Source: Phoronis australis
Lineage: Eukaryota > Animalia > Phoronida
NCBI GenBank assembly: GCA_002633005.1
Contig: NMRA01000010.1
Span: forward strand, 1 to 64,000
Direction: 5' to 3'
DNA: 64,000 nt
Shown: in pieces, positions 9,138 through 23,900 of the stretch
Numbering within the stretch: the stretch's first letter is position 1
Layout of the letters: each line of letters begins with the position of its first letter
Made by a program: the position numbers and the translations under genes
Notes under the pieces: model-generated
Databases searched by the model: none
Told to the model about the DNA's origin: nothing
The model's input: the letters and a program-made list of their open reading frames with translations, nothing else

Positions 9138-12100
9138 CTCGCCTGTTCCTATTATTTCATTTAATGCTAGATTGCATTTAAAAATATTTGGTCCCTTAAA
9201 ATGCTTGTTTCTCGTCCATACAAATCGTCTTCTAGTCTCACGCATCTCAACGCCGTAGACTCTTGAAAAATATTCAAGTGACAGAATTTATTGAATAAAT
9301 ACGGCTTATTGGTAAAAATAACACAACGTGTGTTTAGCACACAATGGTATATTAGGCACTCATAGAATATACGAACAAGTGTGCGCAGTGTTCTTGTATT
9401 GTACCATTCATCCTACTATGAATGTGAGATTTTCTGGCCGACTGAGCCTTCCATTGGATGCTGTGAATACCACCCCTGGCCTAATGAGCTTAACTGAATA
9501 TAACTTTTGTACAAGAGTGTGTTTTTGAGGATTTCATAACAACACGTTGTCGAGATGAGGTTTACCAGTAAGCATATATACATCAGCTAACTGTGTAGAA
9601 CGTGAAGCAACTGACGGTGAGTTCTCGCAGTAGTTTATCTAACCACCATATAGCTAAGTTGACTCCATTTAAGTTTTATGTATTCAAAGTAGTTATTTAA
9701 TCAGTCCGTTGTTGGAGCGTTTGGTAGGTTGTGTTTTATATGAATTCGGAGTGTGATTAATCGTTGGTTTGCAAGGCCACTGGTTGCTATGCGCTTGAAT
9801 TTGAACCGGTTTAAGGTTGAGAAAAAATACTAATAAAAATTTAACCTACAATTTGAATTTAGTTTCACTTTAAAACATCACGAGTGTAAGACAGTATTAC
9901 GATGTACATACTGCTCACAGTGTTATGTTCTGAATACGAAAACTGGCTGAGTAACTCCAAGCATTATACGTACTTCTAATGCAATTGTGAGCTCGCGTTC
10001 TGACAAGAATAACTTTTGACTTATGCCCCATACTGCTGTAAAACTAGTACCAACTCATTAAAAATTGTTTTCTAAATTTGGAAAGCACGGACAACAATGA
10101 GTCTATATGCTCTGCGTGACCCGCCGGTACAAGCAAAATTCTTGAGGGAGGTCTCAAGCCAACTAGCAGTTCTTCAAAAGCCCAAAAAATCAATGCTAGT
10201 GAGAGCCTAGAGGAGATCAATTATATCACAATATATGGTCTGAATCAAAAGTTACATAGTATTTCGACGCAAGCCTGATTGGTAAAACACAACAAATCAG
10301 TCTCAAACCTGCTTGTTAATGTCTCACGTTTTTGACCCGTCTGGCGAAGACTAATTAATACAAACCGTTAATACATCTATCCATATAAACAAAACGATGT
10401 TTTGTTAAGCCACATAAAATTTGTTTCTAGTCCAGTTGTGATATTTTGTGGGATGGAGAAAACAATATTCCATCTGTTCCAAAAACTACATAGGATATAA
10501 TAGTTCAGATGGGAAGTTTTTGCCAATCATAAAAACATTCAACCATTGAATTATTTAACGACGCTATTTCACCGAGCACTTGATCAACATAACACACGAT
10601 ACATGCTGCGTTCTAATCTATACCTAAATTATCAAACTGTGCACTCGAGTAAATTTAATTTGCAAGTTGTGATCATTTTTGTCTAACTCAAAAAGCTACG
10701 GAATGGACACATGGTTCTGTAGTAACACCAAACAGATCAATTCTTTCAAAGGATCCATTGCTACAGGCAGATCCGTTTATTTACATGCATTCATACTTAA
10801 GATAAAACTTTCGTGATATGATACTTGAAACGAAACTAAGGAGTTCTGAATATGAGTGAACGACTACTTCACTCTGTCATGTATTCTGTTAGCTTCGATA
10901 TAACATATCCAGGTGTTGCTAGCCATTAGATAGCTCAGCCAACTATCAAAACTGTTTTGCCGCTTGCCTTAAAACTTAACGTGAAGTTGAGTGTACACAT
11001 AATGTATATGTGAACACCGCCGAAAATTTGAAATAACCCGATTTTCTGTAACAAGCTGGTCTCAAATATTCCTTTTTCAAGATATCAACAGTTTCTTCCA
11101 TCAAAGTGAGCTGAAAGATATTCAGTGGTTGATATCATCAGGCCCAATGTTATTATAAGGGTTGGCAAACACCAAAACATTCACGACATTTTGATTATCT
11201 TTTCGTAGCCTTTTTAATCGAACATTGAGTGACCGTTGACAGTAGTAAGTGATTACGTGTCAAACGTTGGGTCAACAGTCTCTACTTGAATGCACAGCAT
11301 TAAGATGATACAGTACACTGTATGTGGGCACCTCTCTCAGCCAATTGTCGCAGTGTCTCGAAATTACGGAACACATCTAAAATTAGGCTAAATCAAAAAA
11401 GAGATAACGCACTTAAACACTGTGTACTGACATCATAACCAAGGTGTGGGAGCTTTTACTTTTAAAAATTATATTATCCAAATGGATGCCTCCGGCGCGT
11501 GAACACTCATTTACTGTAGTTGCCGCGGCGAACATCACATTGTGCACAACGTGATGCACAGCTGACTTGACGAACCAACTATCACGTTTCGAATATGTTC
11601 CCTAGAACTCGGGCTGGGCAGACTTGACCCCACTTGATAACGTTTTCTTATTATACTGAGAAAAAAGTCAACGAACAAAAACGCAAGCAGCATCTGAATA
11701 ATAATGGAGAAATTACAAACGTACCATCAAAGTTATTGGGTAATGTAATGTCCGTCATGGCATACGGCAAGAGTGAGGTTACGTGCCGGGGGCGTCCATT
11801 TGAATGCTCAACACTACAATGTGAGAAATACTCACACGCCTTGTATATGTAATTGCCCATCCTAGCACCCAGCCTAAAATGGGGGGGGGAGTCAGTTTTT
11901 TGAGAATGTGGACCTTTTACTAAGACTCACTGGGCACGTTCAGAGCTATATATTGTACATTTGCCGAATTTAAGTAGTTCGTTACTGAAATTTGAATGCC
12001 CAAGACATTTAAAGCAAACTATACAGCCTACTTCAACTTCCGCTCCATATAACGCGGTGCCAAGGTTCAATCATTATGTAGTTATGATACCCAAATTCCA

Positions 12101-12417
12101 AAATCGACCCCATCCAGAAGCATAGTTCTACATGATGAGTGGTTTCATTCTAAATGACAATATGCCATTTTTTCTATTTTCAGAATGCCGTCAATTGTGT
12201 CGTGTGGGCATTATGCGTTGGTGAAGTGCTAGTCAAATACACACGACCCTGCATTAACTCATGACTGAGCCTACCGTCATGTTCGCAGAAAAAAGTTAAT
12301 CGAATAGACACGTAATGGGAATTGGAATGCAGGTATCAAGAAATTTCTGTCTCAGAATATGACCACCTGGAATATTTGTAAAAGCCAGACAAGGCAGCAG
12401 AACGTCGGAGCATCATC

Positions 12418-14874
12418 ATGATGGTTGACACTGCCGGAAGACAAACTTTTGAGCAGTCTCCCACTTCGGGTGACAACTCGTTACGCCAGACGCTGTCACA
12501 GCGAAGGAAGCCAATTGACAGGACTGTATCAGACAACATTTACACTCTGAGGAGAAGTGAAGATTTGCTCAGTCAAGTCGACGATGTATTTACTACACAG
12601 TTGGAGGAGACGCAGCAGAGAGCATCAAGCCGCGAACTCTCTAGCAGGGGGAATAATGTGTTGGGTAGAGAACTTGTTAGTCGAGGGCGAGAATACGACC
12701 CACAGTCCCCGGACAAAATTGTGACAAGTCCATCTGGTTTCAGAATATCTTTGGGAACAAGTAGATTAGCAAAAACCGTCAGTGAAAGACATTGGCATGA
12801 AAACTCAGAAAATAATCGCGACCACGATGACAAAAGCTCCCAAGACAAAAATAAAACGAAAGTCAAACCGGACAGCATCAGAAACGTGGGTGGCAATAAG
12901 ATGTGGACTAAAATAAACACAAGAAACAAGGAACTGAAAAGGTCGAAAACAATGTCTTTCAGAGGGCTTGTTAAGTTAGCTAATCGAGCTAATGGAATAT
13001 TTGGTGCGTTCAGAAGGACTGCGTCCCTTTCTCGGCGTGGATTTCGTCATCATAGCGTAGACGAATCTATACTTACAGGACATGGGGCCGTGAAACGAAA
13101 CTCCACGCAGCTTAACTTGCGCCCCACGTGGCACATCAGTGAACTAGACAACAGATTTGTCGAGCCAGGACAGGTAGAGTACTACCTTGTATCGCTATTT
13201 GGGTCTATATAGCCGGCTACGGTTGCCTCAGTGATCGCTGTTTGGGTCTATATAGTCGACTATGGTTGCCTCCGAGCGGTATAATTCCCATTTACGTCTG
13301 ATATAAACGTAAATCGGAATTATGATATAAAGGAATTATAATTTATGTCAGACATAGTTTTGAACTATGTTAGGCATAATTCCGATTATGTCAGACCATA
13401 GACCATAGTACATGGACCGCCAATTTCAACGGACGAAATCTTTGATCTTACGCATAAGCCGTAACGTCACTCAGATTCACTAGCGACACATGGCACACAT
13501 AGCACGTTTTAACTTCCTGCAAGTATATCGTCGGCTTATCATGGTCATTTCGTCGGGATTTAGATCGGCGATTTTGCCGTACTCGTTTCCGTGTTTAAAA
13601 CAAATTGAACGCTACTAAAACTGTAAACATGAAACGAGGCTTTCTGCCTCAAAATTCGGACGGCTCAACTCAGTACTTCCCAATGTTCCACCAATCGATT
13701 TCTCACGCTAAACGCCTACTAGACTCATTTCACTAGCCTTGTACAAAAATGTTAGGTCTTAACAGTGGAAGTCACGAAGATCACGTGACTACAAACGTCC
13801 ATTCATCACTTTATACGCTTCATCAATTCCAAAACAAGTTGTTTAAAGGTTGTAAATATTTTTAAAAACAACATCAGACAAATGGTGATCTTTGGTGGCA
13901 AAGGTACATGTAGTACCAATTTCTATTAAGATAATAATACCAAACGAGGCAAAATACTTCATAATATTTCGAGCACAAGCAATAATGTACGAAACGCCTC
14001 AGTGATTAAACCTATATTATGAAAAAACATGCATATTTTCAGTCAAACTGTACATTTTGTAAGAAAATATCTTTTCTTTTATAGGCAATAGCATTTTTCA
14101 AGAGAATGGTGCGTCGGTGTCTTAACTGTCTTTTTTGGATCCAACTACTTAGCAAGTAAGTTATCTCCCTTGTGTACTGATATTGATACGAAATATTCAT
14201 TTTATCACTGCAAAAATTCAACTAGAGCTACTTACAAAACTGATACCTGTTTGACATAACTGTTGGACGTTGATTATTGCATTTTATTGAAAATGTTACC
14301 CTTTTAACTGTTTGCCTGCAGTGTGCATTTATAATGAGTTTTGGTAGCAAAAGATAGAGTCGAGAACAATGCCCATCACAACTGACCTTTTTATTTGACG
14401 TTCATTGTGAGCTGATATCATTTCGGTTAAGTCCTATACTAATAGTCAAACTAACTTGTTTTGACGCTTCACATTTTATTAAATCCTCGCGTTCAGTTTA
14501 TTTGCTTTGAAACTCACTTTGTCAATCGTAACAATTCTAAAAGGCAATTATTTGTCTACTTAGAAAACATGGTCACAGGAATGGCATGCATTGATATATC
14601 ATGCTCCTTAATGCACCTGTTGAGCGCTTGTTCAAATAATGAGGTGTCGCTAGTATTATTTTAGAAATACTGACCAACACGGAACTTGACTGCAAATTGA
14701 TAGGGGAAACAAATGAAATAATGACGCGCGTAGATTGATTCAAGCTTACTATAAATGCTTTGTGGTCAGCATTATTTCGCAGTGTGTCGCAACACCTTCT
14801 ATTGATTCATAGAATAAGTTATCTTTATATCTTAAGTTAAGTGTCAACAATTTACTGTATATTTAGTGTATATG

Positions 14875-14940
<66 letters not shown>

Positions 14941-17900
14941 GATATACATATGTACATATATACATATATATGTATATGTATATGTGTATGTATGTATGTA
15001 TGTATGTATGTATGCTCCTATATTAAAATAGTGCGATAATATCCAATGAGATCGACTTCTAGGCGTAAGAGGCCATGCATTGCACTGATTTGTGTATGTC
15101 TTAACTGTTCGTCAAATTTCACTCGTGTAATTTTCTATATGGGAGCATTGGCGGTGAGCGTAATGAAGACGTAAACGCATCTTGTGCAACTATCAACAGT
15201 AATACACAACACTTTCTAGTGAAGAAGAGAAGCAGTTAAAAACGTTTGTTGATCTCGCAAAAGAAATAGAAGAGATAAGTCTTCCAAGTGGAATGAAGGA
15301 AGCGGGATTAGCCTTCGATAAGAACTACTACAAAGCAAACCGCGAGGTAATAACTTGCTGAACCACAACATATAATTGTTATCTTAACTGAGGAAATTAC
15401 AATGGTGTTCATTTAAAAAGTTAAACTTTTACTAGTTGATACAAGTTCATCGTTCAAACGATTGTCTTGCGTTTTATAAAGTAAATTCGTAAGTATTAAC
15501 TCGGTCCATCTTTCCATCGAAAATGTTTAATACATAAACTGTGCCGTTATTTTGACAGATTAATTTGAGTTCCGAGGTGATGAAGATACTGACCCTGAAA
15601 GCCTCGGCAAGGACACCGGAAATGGTTCAACAAGTCATGGCAGGTCTTCAAACGTTGCGCTCGTTTGCTGAATACCCCCTTCACATGCAATCTAGACTGG
15701 CCCAGGTGGCTTGGTATCAAATGTGAGTAGGAGGACTGGCCCAAGTGGCTTGGTATCAAATGTGAGTAACAAGACTGGCCCAGTTGGCTTGGCATCAAAT
15801 GTGAGTAACAAGACTGGCCCAGTTGGCTTGGCATCAATTGTGAGTAACAAGACTGGCCCATGTGGCTTGGTATCAAATGTGAGTAGGAAGACTGGCCCAG
15901 GTGGCTTGGTATCAAATGTGAGTAGGAAGACTGGCCCAAGTGGCTTGGTATCAAATGTGAGTAACAAGACTGGCCCATGTGGCTTGGTATCAAATGTGAG
16001 TAGGAAGGCATTTACCAAAAACATTTATTTTATAGTTCCACAAATTATAAAGAATATGGACCGCCAACTCTATAAATTCTCAGTGTGAAAAATTTGTGAT
16101 CTGCAAAAGCTAGTTCTATGGACCGAGACGTCATTATTCACGATTTCAACGAGTGTCTCGCGGCGAGAAAAATCTAGCCAAAATCAAGTGCTCTCAATGA
16201 AAATATACAAAGATATCTCGAATAATGTCACAAGATCTTGCTTTCTAGCGAGACAATAGGGTTAGTGAACTCAACCTGCCTCCCGTTCAGTAACGCTAGG
16301 ACCTCACTAAAAAGCAAGACTTCGTGAGATTACGTGAAATATGGCCGTGTATTTTAAATAATAACAAGTGACCTTGGCTAGATTTTAGCTAGGTCCTGGC
16401 GTAGGTCCTAGCGTTACTGAACGCACGCCCGGTGTTATGGAGGCAAATACGTGGTCCACTTACCCACCTGAAAACTGGGTTGGGCATAAAAGTAGAGCGG
16501 TGTCTCCTCTGGAAGTTAAAAGGAAAACACCTTACTTACGAATCTGCTATATGATAAATCTCATTCCAAGAACTACACTGACCACAGTGCTTTGAAAAAG
16601 ATAGAGGTTCAGTGAAACAGAGCGACACCTTTTGGGCACAACGATTACTAGAAGCCACAAACGGTTGCCGAGCGTGACATGGTGGACAGATTTTAATTTC
16701 GTCTACTTATACCTTTGAATACGCATCGTGGAAACTGGCATGTTCTCATAGTTCCTTGGAATTAATGTTTTTCCTTTCTAGTGTGCCACAAAAGAAGATG
16801 ATCATTCGTCAAGGTCACGAAGCCCAAAACTTCTACTTCGTTCTTGGCGGTCAAGCAATTATGAAAGCAATAAAGACTGACCCAACAGGAGAAACCTACA
16901 TGGCTACTGTGGGGCGACTGACAAAAGGGTCTAGTTTTGGGGTAAGAGTTCTCGGCTTGTATCGTAAGAAACAGCGTGGTCTAGTTTTAGAAAAGCTTCG
17001 ATGCTAAGCGCTTTTGAGCTGAGCCGAGCTGAGCTGAACTAGAAAAGAACAATCGACGTGTCTCAATCAGCTTATCATTTTTGGAGCAAGCTTCACAACT
17101 CACTGTATGGCTGCTTTTAAGCAAACATAAAATGACGTAATACGAGCAGTTTTTCAAGTACAAATTAAATATTGGATGTAAGCTCCGTGGTTATCATCTA
17201 TAGGACCAGTTTTGGTTAATGAACCTATCCAGTAAGCAATAATCGATTTCACTTTGCAGCCACAGCATTTCTCTGTTGGTTAGCCGTGACGCCTGAACTT
17301 AATAACACTCTTTGTGGGTGTGTTCTCAAACTTCGGTGACTCTGAAAATGATAAAAATGATATGCCATAGGCGGATTTANGGGGGGGGGCTAAGTATAGG
17401 CTCTCCCAGACCACCGGCAGCGGCGCTGCGCACTACGACTCCGTTTCCATCGTCTACTTCACTGTGCAATGAAGAAAATTACTTCATTTTTTAAAGAAAA
17501 TGGAATCTGAGTGACGATGAAAAAACAGAAGCTGCTGGTAAGATGTGAATTTTAATCGAAGCCTTAGTGAATCACTCAGAAACTCATAATTCTCTCTTTG
17601 TAAACCTTAACTTAAGACGATTTCCAAAGCAATCGCGTCATTAATGCCAACACAAAAACGAATTTGGTCTTTCGGGCAATTGAAGACTATTTTAAATACA
17701 ACGAATTTGTTACGAACTGATTGCACAAAATTTAAAAAGTGTAATAAGCATTACAAAAAGTAGGTTTCGCGCGCAAACACTGTGGACCATAAACAAGTAA
17801 GTCTCTTAGAATCAATGTGCGAGTGAAATTGTGGTGGTGCAGTGGTAGTAATTGCAGTTTTTCAAGTTTGACACGTTCTCTGTGTTTTTTTTCTTTGCCT

Positions 17901-20900
17901 TTTTTCTTGGATAGTATTTCAGGAATCAAGGAAAATGCTTGATTTTTAGAGGAAAAACAGAAAAATTTTCCTGGCGGGAGGGGGGCAAACCCCCCTCCCG
18001 ACATCCCCCCATTCGGTGCTATGCGCATCTACAATCGTGCTTTGGGCAAATTTATATAGACAAACTGTTGTCCCCCCTTGTGATATCCTAGATCCGCCAC
18101 TATATACAACGGGCCAAGTCGCCTCTAAGGTGACGCGAAATGACAAAAATCATTTTCTGCCAACAGGAAGTGGCCCTACTTCATCAAACCACGCGAGAAT
18201 GTACGGTACAGACTGTGACGCCAATGCAGCTTTTAGTTGTATACCGGGACGACTTTTTTCGAATTTTCATGAGCAGAGGAGAGAATAACGACCATGAGCC
18301 GGACCACATACAGTTCTGTAGGTTAGTGTACTAATTGTGCAACCAATTCAACTAAACATTACATCATTTAAAAAAACGTGCTATTTCGTAAGCAGGGGGA
18401 CAATACAATATGTGATTGATCATCCAGATGGTTTTTAATGAGACAATGCAATATGTGATCACCAACATTGTCTTCTAATGTGCCCGTCGATGTTCCTGTG
18501 TATCACTCGATTACCGTTGTTGTTCCTGTAGACCAACTCTGGCCACTCCCGCTCTGGAAGTTACATGTATATCACACTACCACTACGTGATGAAAAGCCA
18601 GTAATTTGTCAACGTGTTTGATGCTCATACTGTTTCATTGTGAACTACAAAAGTAAACTTTTGTCGAGATCTTATGAAAAGCTCAGCAAGTGAAAAGTCA
18701 GGAGACTCCAAATACGCTTTAAAAACACGTCAGCAGGTTGTTCAAAATGGTGAACCAGACAAGAGTTCGCTTGGGGATATTGACAGCCAAACTTTGTGGA
18801 TGTGCTGTGTCGTACATGTACTATCCACAAATCTTCATAGCTTGTCGCGAAACAGCGCACACTACTACAATGACTGTCATTCATTCTGAAGAGGTACTAT
18901 AGAAAACTATTCTGAACTGTCTGTTATGTTTTAGAAACAGTATTGATTTCCTCAAACATTGGCCAATTGACTTACTACTTGAGGAAGACAATGAGAACGA
19001 GTGTTTGTTCCATTTCTATCGTCGAGGACAAGTTGTCATTGAAGACAGTACAAAGGGCGAATGGATTTACATCGTGAAGACAGTTAGTATTATTCAGAGA
19101 AAGATTAGAATTAACTTTACGTTAAGATTATTAGTCTTATAAATACAACATGGTCTCCACAGTTAAAACACTTTCTCGTAGCTGTGTCTCAGGTTTTTCC
19201 TTAGCATCCTAGTCAGGAAACTTAAGACTTCAAGCTTGGAAAGAACTGGTAGTTTACTATTGACCAAGACAAGTCGGAAGAAGTTGGTTAACCGTAGAAT
19301 GGTTATTTTATGCGCCGTGCATTGTGTCAAGATGTGAAAAACTGCTAGGTCATTGCAAGAGGATAAACCATTAATTTCCTGAGTAAGGAAAACATTTGAG
19401 ACCAATTTTACAATAGTAAAGTGCCTTAATCAAAAGTTTATATCCTTCACGTTACATTATTACATGTACATACTCTTATGCATTATCACATGTAAATGCA
19501 TGTACTCTCATACAAGTATTTCTAGCACAAATTCTTCGAGTTTCTAGAATTATTGCAAGACACTATTTCCCATATTTTTACTAGTCTAGAACACATAAAC
19601 AGTTTCATCTACAGAGAAACATAATAAAATTAGGCTATTTAGCGAACTACAACTTGCATGTATCTTCACGTTTTACTGAAAATTCTTAAGCAGTGAAGTT
19701 CAACTAAGTTCAACTGTTGCGGCCATTTTGCTGCGGCACTACCAGAAATTTAGATTTATTTTGAAAATTCTACATTTCATATTGATTATTTTTAAAACAT
19801 CTGATTACGTGCTGAAAGACCATCAACATTTAGATACAGCTTTAAGCTCGATTAGTTCGACGTTTTAAACTGAAAAAAGGGAAAGAACATTTTTAAATTT
19901 TCAACGCTTTGCGACTGATTTCAGGGCACTTGTGCAGTAATGAAGCAACTACGTCACGTTGAGCCGAGATCTCCACGAGACCTGGTGAAAGAATTCAAGG
20001 AAAAACACGTGAGAAAGCCGAGAAGTTTACCAAAGATTGGAACTGCCGAACCTGGTAAAGTAAAACGAGTTAACAAGTCTCTTCAATCTGTCAATAGTCT
20101 ATTGCACGCAATAGTAAAATATTTAACTTTAAAGAGTCATTGCCGTTTTTGTGGCCGACAAACGCAATTTAGGGATAATTATTGAACAACATTACCCGTG
20201 TTTCGCAGCTAGTAGATGGGAAATGCCGAGGGGGAATAGCTACACCTTCAAGGGAACATAGTATTCATCCCAAGAGACAGGGATATTTCTCGAAGAGGTC
20301 GTTTTATTTTAAAGCTTTTATCAAAATTTCTGTCAGATTTAGGCAGTGTGTGCTGCTGTGGTATTCTTTTCCCAGGCAGGACAAATACTTTCCAGAACAT
20401 TTGACGCTGATAATGTACAGTAATCAGCTAAAGTGAAAAACGTATTTAAAAATACTGCATTGTACACAACGTTTACAAAAGTCAAATCAAAATGTACAAA
20501 CGGTAGAAAGCCAGCTAGTCATATGAGGACTATCGCCAACTTACCGCTAGGTAGCTTTGTGTTGAGCTCCTTAAGACACCGAAATTACACACAGCCGGGT
20601 AGCTCAGCTCGTCACTTCGCCGTGAAACTTATATCAACATGTAGAACATGCAGAATCTGGGAATTAACCGACACTCACCTTGCCCACTACAGCCGTGAAA
20701 AAACAAAACAAAACAATTTTTGCGTTATCCTCCGCCTTTTGCAACCATGAAAAGTTTCTCGTGGTTTTGGTAACAGTGTGCTCGTCATGCGCATGCGTCA
20801 TTTCCTAAAAACTTGCAGCAGCAAAATTTGTTCTGAAATTAGGTTTGCTGGTATTGAAATACTGAAAATTGTAACGAAATGAAACCTGTTCCGATAATTT

Positions 20901-23900
20901 CTTGTCACATGTACACAATCTCTTGGGTAATAATCGGTGAAATTGGCCAATAGGTGACGCAATATTTGATGGCCCCGTATACCGACCCAAAAGAGCACAC
21001 CCCAGTTTGAGCAGCAGAATAACGGTAGAACGCCAATTTCTCCAACACCGGTAATTATTTAGTTTACTGAAGGCAGAGTGTAGTTCTTAATGACATCATT
21101 AATTTTCGCGGCGATAGGCCCAAAGAAGTACATACGTGACGGAAACCGGAGGGAGTGGAGTTAAGCCAACAGACTGACGTCACTAAGGCTAGTACGAAAC
21201 TGGCCAGTCTCCATCCACTTCCGCGAAAAACAGTCCGCGAGAAACACCTCGAATCTAAATACATGTAGAGGGTCGGTGCACTACCTGGCACCAAGGCGGT
21301 GCCGAAACGGGCGCAACGAAGGTCTGTAGTGGAGCGTGGGAGAAGGAGTTTATGTGAACTATGCATTTGATATAATAAATAGGGTAGAGTTTCCAAAGTT
21401 CTCTAAGCTTTGACCAAAGCTAAAAAACAAATCCGTTGCTGCGTTTGTTGTGACTTTTCTTACATATTGCCGATTATCGCCGCTGAAGTTATGTTCAGTG
21501 TCTTTTGCCTTTTAAATAGACTTAAATACCTAGCTATTTTATACGTTGGGTTTGAATCAGTAGCAAAACGTTCTCGAGTAGGGTACTTAGTATACCTCGA
21601 CAGTAAAGCCTTTTTGATGCAGATTTCGTTAAAAACGATTTGCTTGTTAGATAACTTCTTTCTGCCTTTCTCGAAGTGCCTAACAGTACTCCTTGTGTGC
21701 GGATCGCATTTGTGCAGTAGCTCCCCGAGTGTTGTATAAAATTAAAGATACATATTTATGCAAACCATATAATTTTATTGCACCCACTCCTTTGTGTTCA
21801 TTTGTCGCATTCTAAGTGGCAAATTTTGTAATTCACGTATAAATCAAACTGATATAAGTATTCCTTTTTAGGCATTTTGACTCATACGTAATGTGTTGTT
21901 TAAGGGCCCAAGATAGACAGTTGGAGACCGTACCAGCCCAAACTTTCTCTACCTGAGTTACCAAATATCAAAATGCCTGAAAAAACCGCTCAGGCAGTCA
22001 GTGAACTATTCAAAAGCGTCCTCGCTAAAAAGGACGGGAAGCTTCACGATTTCGACAAGGGAGGAAAATCCAAGAAAGCGAAAACTCGCGTGACTTTTGA
22101 CATTGACGTAAAAGATGACGAGAAGAAACCTGATGAGAGTTTGCCCCCAGAACCGAAGCAGAAAAAGTTTTTCAATCCTAATAATTACGACGAAGAGATC
22201 TTGGCTAAGCTTAACTTGAGCAGGCCGTCCACGGCACGATCTGTTGCGACCACGCCACCACCAATTGCGCAAGTTCAAGTGACCGGATCCGTGGGCATGC
22301 CGGGATTCTCAAAGAGCAAATTGGACTTCTTCCCATGCTTAACCAAGTCGCACATGGTAAACGATCATCTCACTAACAAATCTTTACTAGAATTGTGAAA
22401 CCTGTTTTTTATAATGCATTGTAGTCGTTGTTCATTTTAATACATTAAAATAATCAGTTTCGGACAAAGTTTGCTGGAATCCCCAGGTGAAACAAAAAGC
22501 TTGAAATTGGTCTTTATATGGGGATATTCGTGATGTTTATTTCCTAACCGCCGTTCACAAGACTGTACGCAGATTTCATTTTCATTTGCTTACCTAGATC
22601 CTCATCGAGATTTTCACATCCATAATTCTTTTTTAGTCTCAACCATTGATTCCTCCTCCGATGAAATCCCCCTTTCTAGTACGATCTCGTACACTGCCGG
22701 ATTTCGATGACGACGACGACGACGTAATACGGCCGAAGTCAATACGACGGGCCACGTCTCATAGTGACTTGCGCTCGCAAGACGACGGGCGAAGCTTGGC
22801 TGGCAGTATCATTAACGACAGCGTGTTTGTTCAAGTGGGATTGCTGAAGCCAAAAGATTCTTTTGTAAGTACATGTGTACTAATTACTTACCTTCACCTT
22901 AGTTTAGTAACTATGACAACGTATGGATTCTTCATCCTATTCAGTTTCTGCTTCGAATTATTTTGGAAGAACTTGCTCTTTATTCTCTAAAAATGCTGGT
23001 GTAATAAGGGTTAAGGGTTATTTTCAAAAGCTCCACCTATCGTGTCCTACATGTATTTAGCCCTCATGCTTCGGAAGTTTGACTATACTTTGTTCTATCA
23101 CGACTGCAAATAAAAAATGTGCAATCGTAAGAAAAGTGATTTAAATTAAAAAGGCGTTTAAGCAAACAGATTCTTAATTGTCTCTTTAGCTTGACTTGTT
23201 GGGATTTGAATTAATTTAATACAATTTATAGGGCTTGGAGACTATTCAGTTTGACGACGAAGTTGAAACGAAGCACACAGGACTGAGTCTTGTAAGTACT
23301 CTGTTGGTATTATGCCACGTGCAATAACAACTTTTTACCACAAGGATGATCAGCTATTTAATCCAGTGTTCACAAATGTGTTCTATCTGCGGTCTTATGA
23401 TAACTAGAGTGGCATTAATGGGCACACTGGATGGCCGGTCATATGTGACCACGTGCTTTTTCAGACATCGAATCAGGTGTCTCATCATTCGTCTGATCGG
23501 TCGGATGTGAACGCTGTGCAACTTAAAGGAGAATGCCACCCGATTTGATTAGTATTTTTTACCGTCTTAATCGGTCTACATCCACGCACACGGTCGACCT
23601 TTCCTTGCCGAGAGGTGTCGCGTTAACATGTGAGGAAGGTGAGAAACGACGCAGCGACGTAAGTGGCTCATTTGCAGAGTGAATGCCGCTATTAGTCGGT
23701 GGGCCAGATTTTGTAGGGCCTCTAGAAAATGGTTTTTGTGAGTACTTTAGGGGGGCAATTTTATTTTGGTGTTTTTTAGTTCATTTATTAGAGTGTTTTC
23801 AAAATCTAAAAAGTTCCCACATATAAAGTTGCACATTTTTGAGAAATTTGAGTGTGAAGTTACCTAATAATCACCAAAGAGCTTAGTAAACTGATATTTG

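Noticed and set aside
11518-11534. RFX X-box upstream of the + gene
   Set aside because: GTTGCCGCGGCGAAC does not fit the RGYAAC half-site, and the transcription start is unknown.
15547-16088. Repetitive ORFs on both strands
   Set aside because: Artefacts of the 39-bp minisatellite.
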